From assembly GCF_036365525.1 (NCBI RefSeq), contig NC_090404.1, positions 11,126,550 through 11,190,549 on the forward strand: 64,000 bases of DNA, read 5' to 3'. Numbering within the stretch: position 1 is the first letter of the stretch; each line of letters begins with the position of its first letter. The notes below the pieces were generated by a model. That model was given only the letters and a program-made list of their open reading frames with translations, was not told where the DNA came from and did not search any database. Positions 63,140 through 64,000 of this stretch are shown here, in pieces. The translations under genes and the position numbers were made by a program. Source of the DNA: Heterodontus francisci. Its lineage: Eukaryota.

Positions 63140-64000
63140 AAGAACATAAGAAATTAGGTAATAGGAACAGGAGTAGTCCATTCAGCCCATCGAGCCTGTT
63201 GCCCGATACAACTAGATCATAGATGATCTTCTACCTCAATGCCATTTTACCCACACTCTCCCTATATCCCTTGATATCTTTAATATGCTTCAATGAGGTC
63301 ACAGTTTATTCTTCTAAACTCTAGATAATATAGGCCCAGCTTCCTCAATCTCCCCTCATAGGACAACCCCGCAATCCCAGGGATCAGTTTGGTGAACATC
63401 CATTGCACTCCCTCTATGGCAAGTATATCCTTCCTTAGGTAAGGATACCAAAACTATACACAATACTCCAGGTGCGGTCTCACCAAGGCTCTATACAATT
63501 GCAGCAAGACTTCTTTACTCCTGTACTCAAATCCTCTTGCAATACAGGCCACCATATCATTTGCGTTCCTTATTGCTTGCTGCATCTGCCTGTTAGCTTC
63601 CCGTGACTTATGAACAGGTTCCTTTAGACATCAACACTTCCCAATTTCGCATCACTTAAGAAATACTCAGCATTTCTGTTTTCCTACCAAAGTGTATAAT
63701 TAGACATTTTCCACATTATATTCCATCTGCCATGTCTTTGACCACTTACTTTCCCTGTCTAAATCCTTTTGTAGCCTCTTTTCATCCTCCTCACAACTCA
63801 CATTTCCACCTAGTCCCCACTTCCAAATCATTGATATAGATTGCGAGTAGCTGTAGCCCAAGCCCTGATCCACGTGGTGCCCGACTAGTCACAGCTTACC
63901 AAACTGAGGATGACTTGTTTATTCCTACTCTCAGTTTTCTGTCTGTTAACCAATTCTCAATCCATAGCAGTATATTACCCCCAATCTCACGTGCTTTAAT
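63140..64000 (-). mobile_element. CR1 LINE 3' portion running off the window
   Basis: (CATAAGAA) tail on the plus strand; homologous to 9885-10372 and 14678-14900. Confidence 0.85.

Overview
This is vertebrate genomic DNA, almost certainly from a shark (HE1-type V-SINEs and abundant CR1 LINEs; the species cannot be determined). It lies inside the V-gene array of the T-cell receptor alpha/delta locus. At 5.1-6.5 kb (minus strand) is a complete unrearranged NAR-TCR cassette: leader, IgNAR-like V with an extra FR1 Cys, 12/12 D, and J with a 23-RSS and splice donor. Its leaderless supporting V-delta is not visible in the window. The rest holds six apparently intact conventional TCR V genes, one open-frame V lacking Cys23 and Trp41, and about seven V pseudogenes, in both orientations. 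Three of the intact genes are copies of an intronless leader+V gene in a ~6-kb tandem triplication. Between the genes are CR1, L2-like, RTE and Penelope retroelements, SINEs, a TIR element, a 2.4-kb 28-bp minisatellite and an older segmental duplication (8.4-16.7 kb versus 56.2-59.7 kb). Most ORFs in the supplied track are spurious or retroelement fragments. Gene-segment and RSS coordinates were read base by base; repeat boundaries are approximate.
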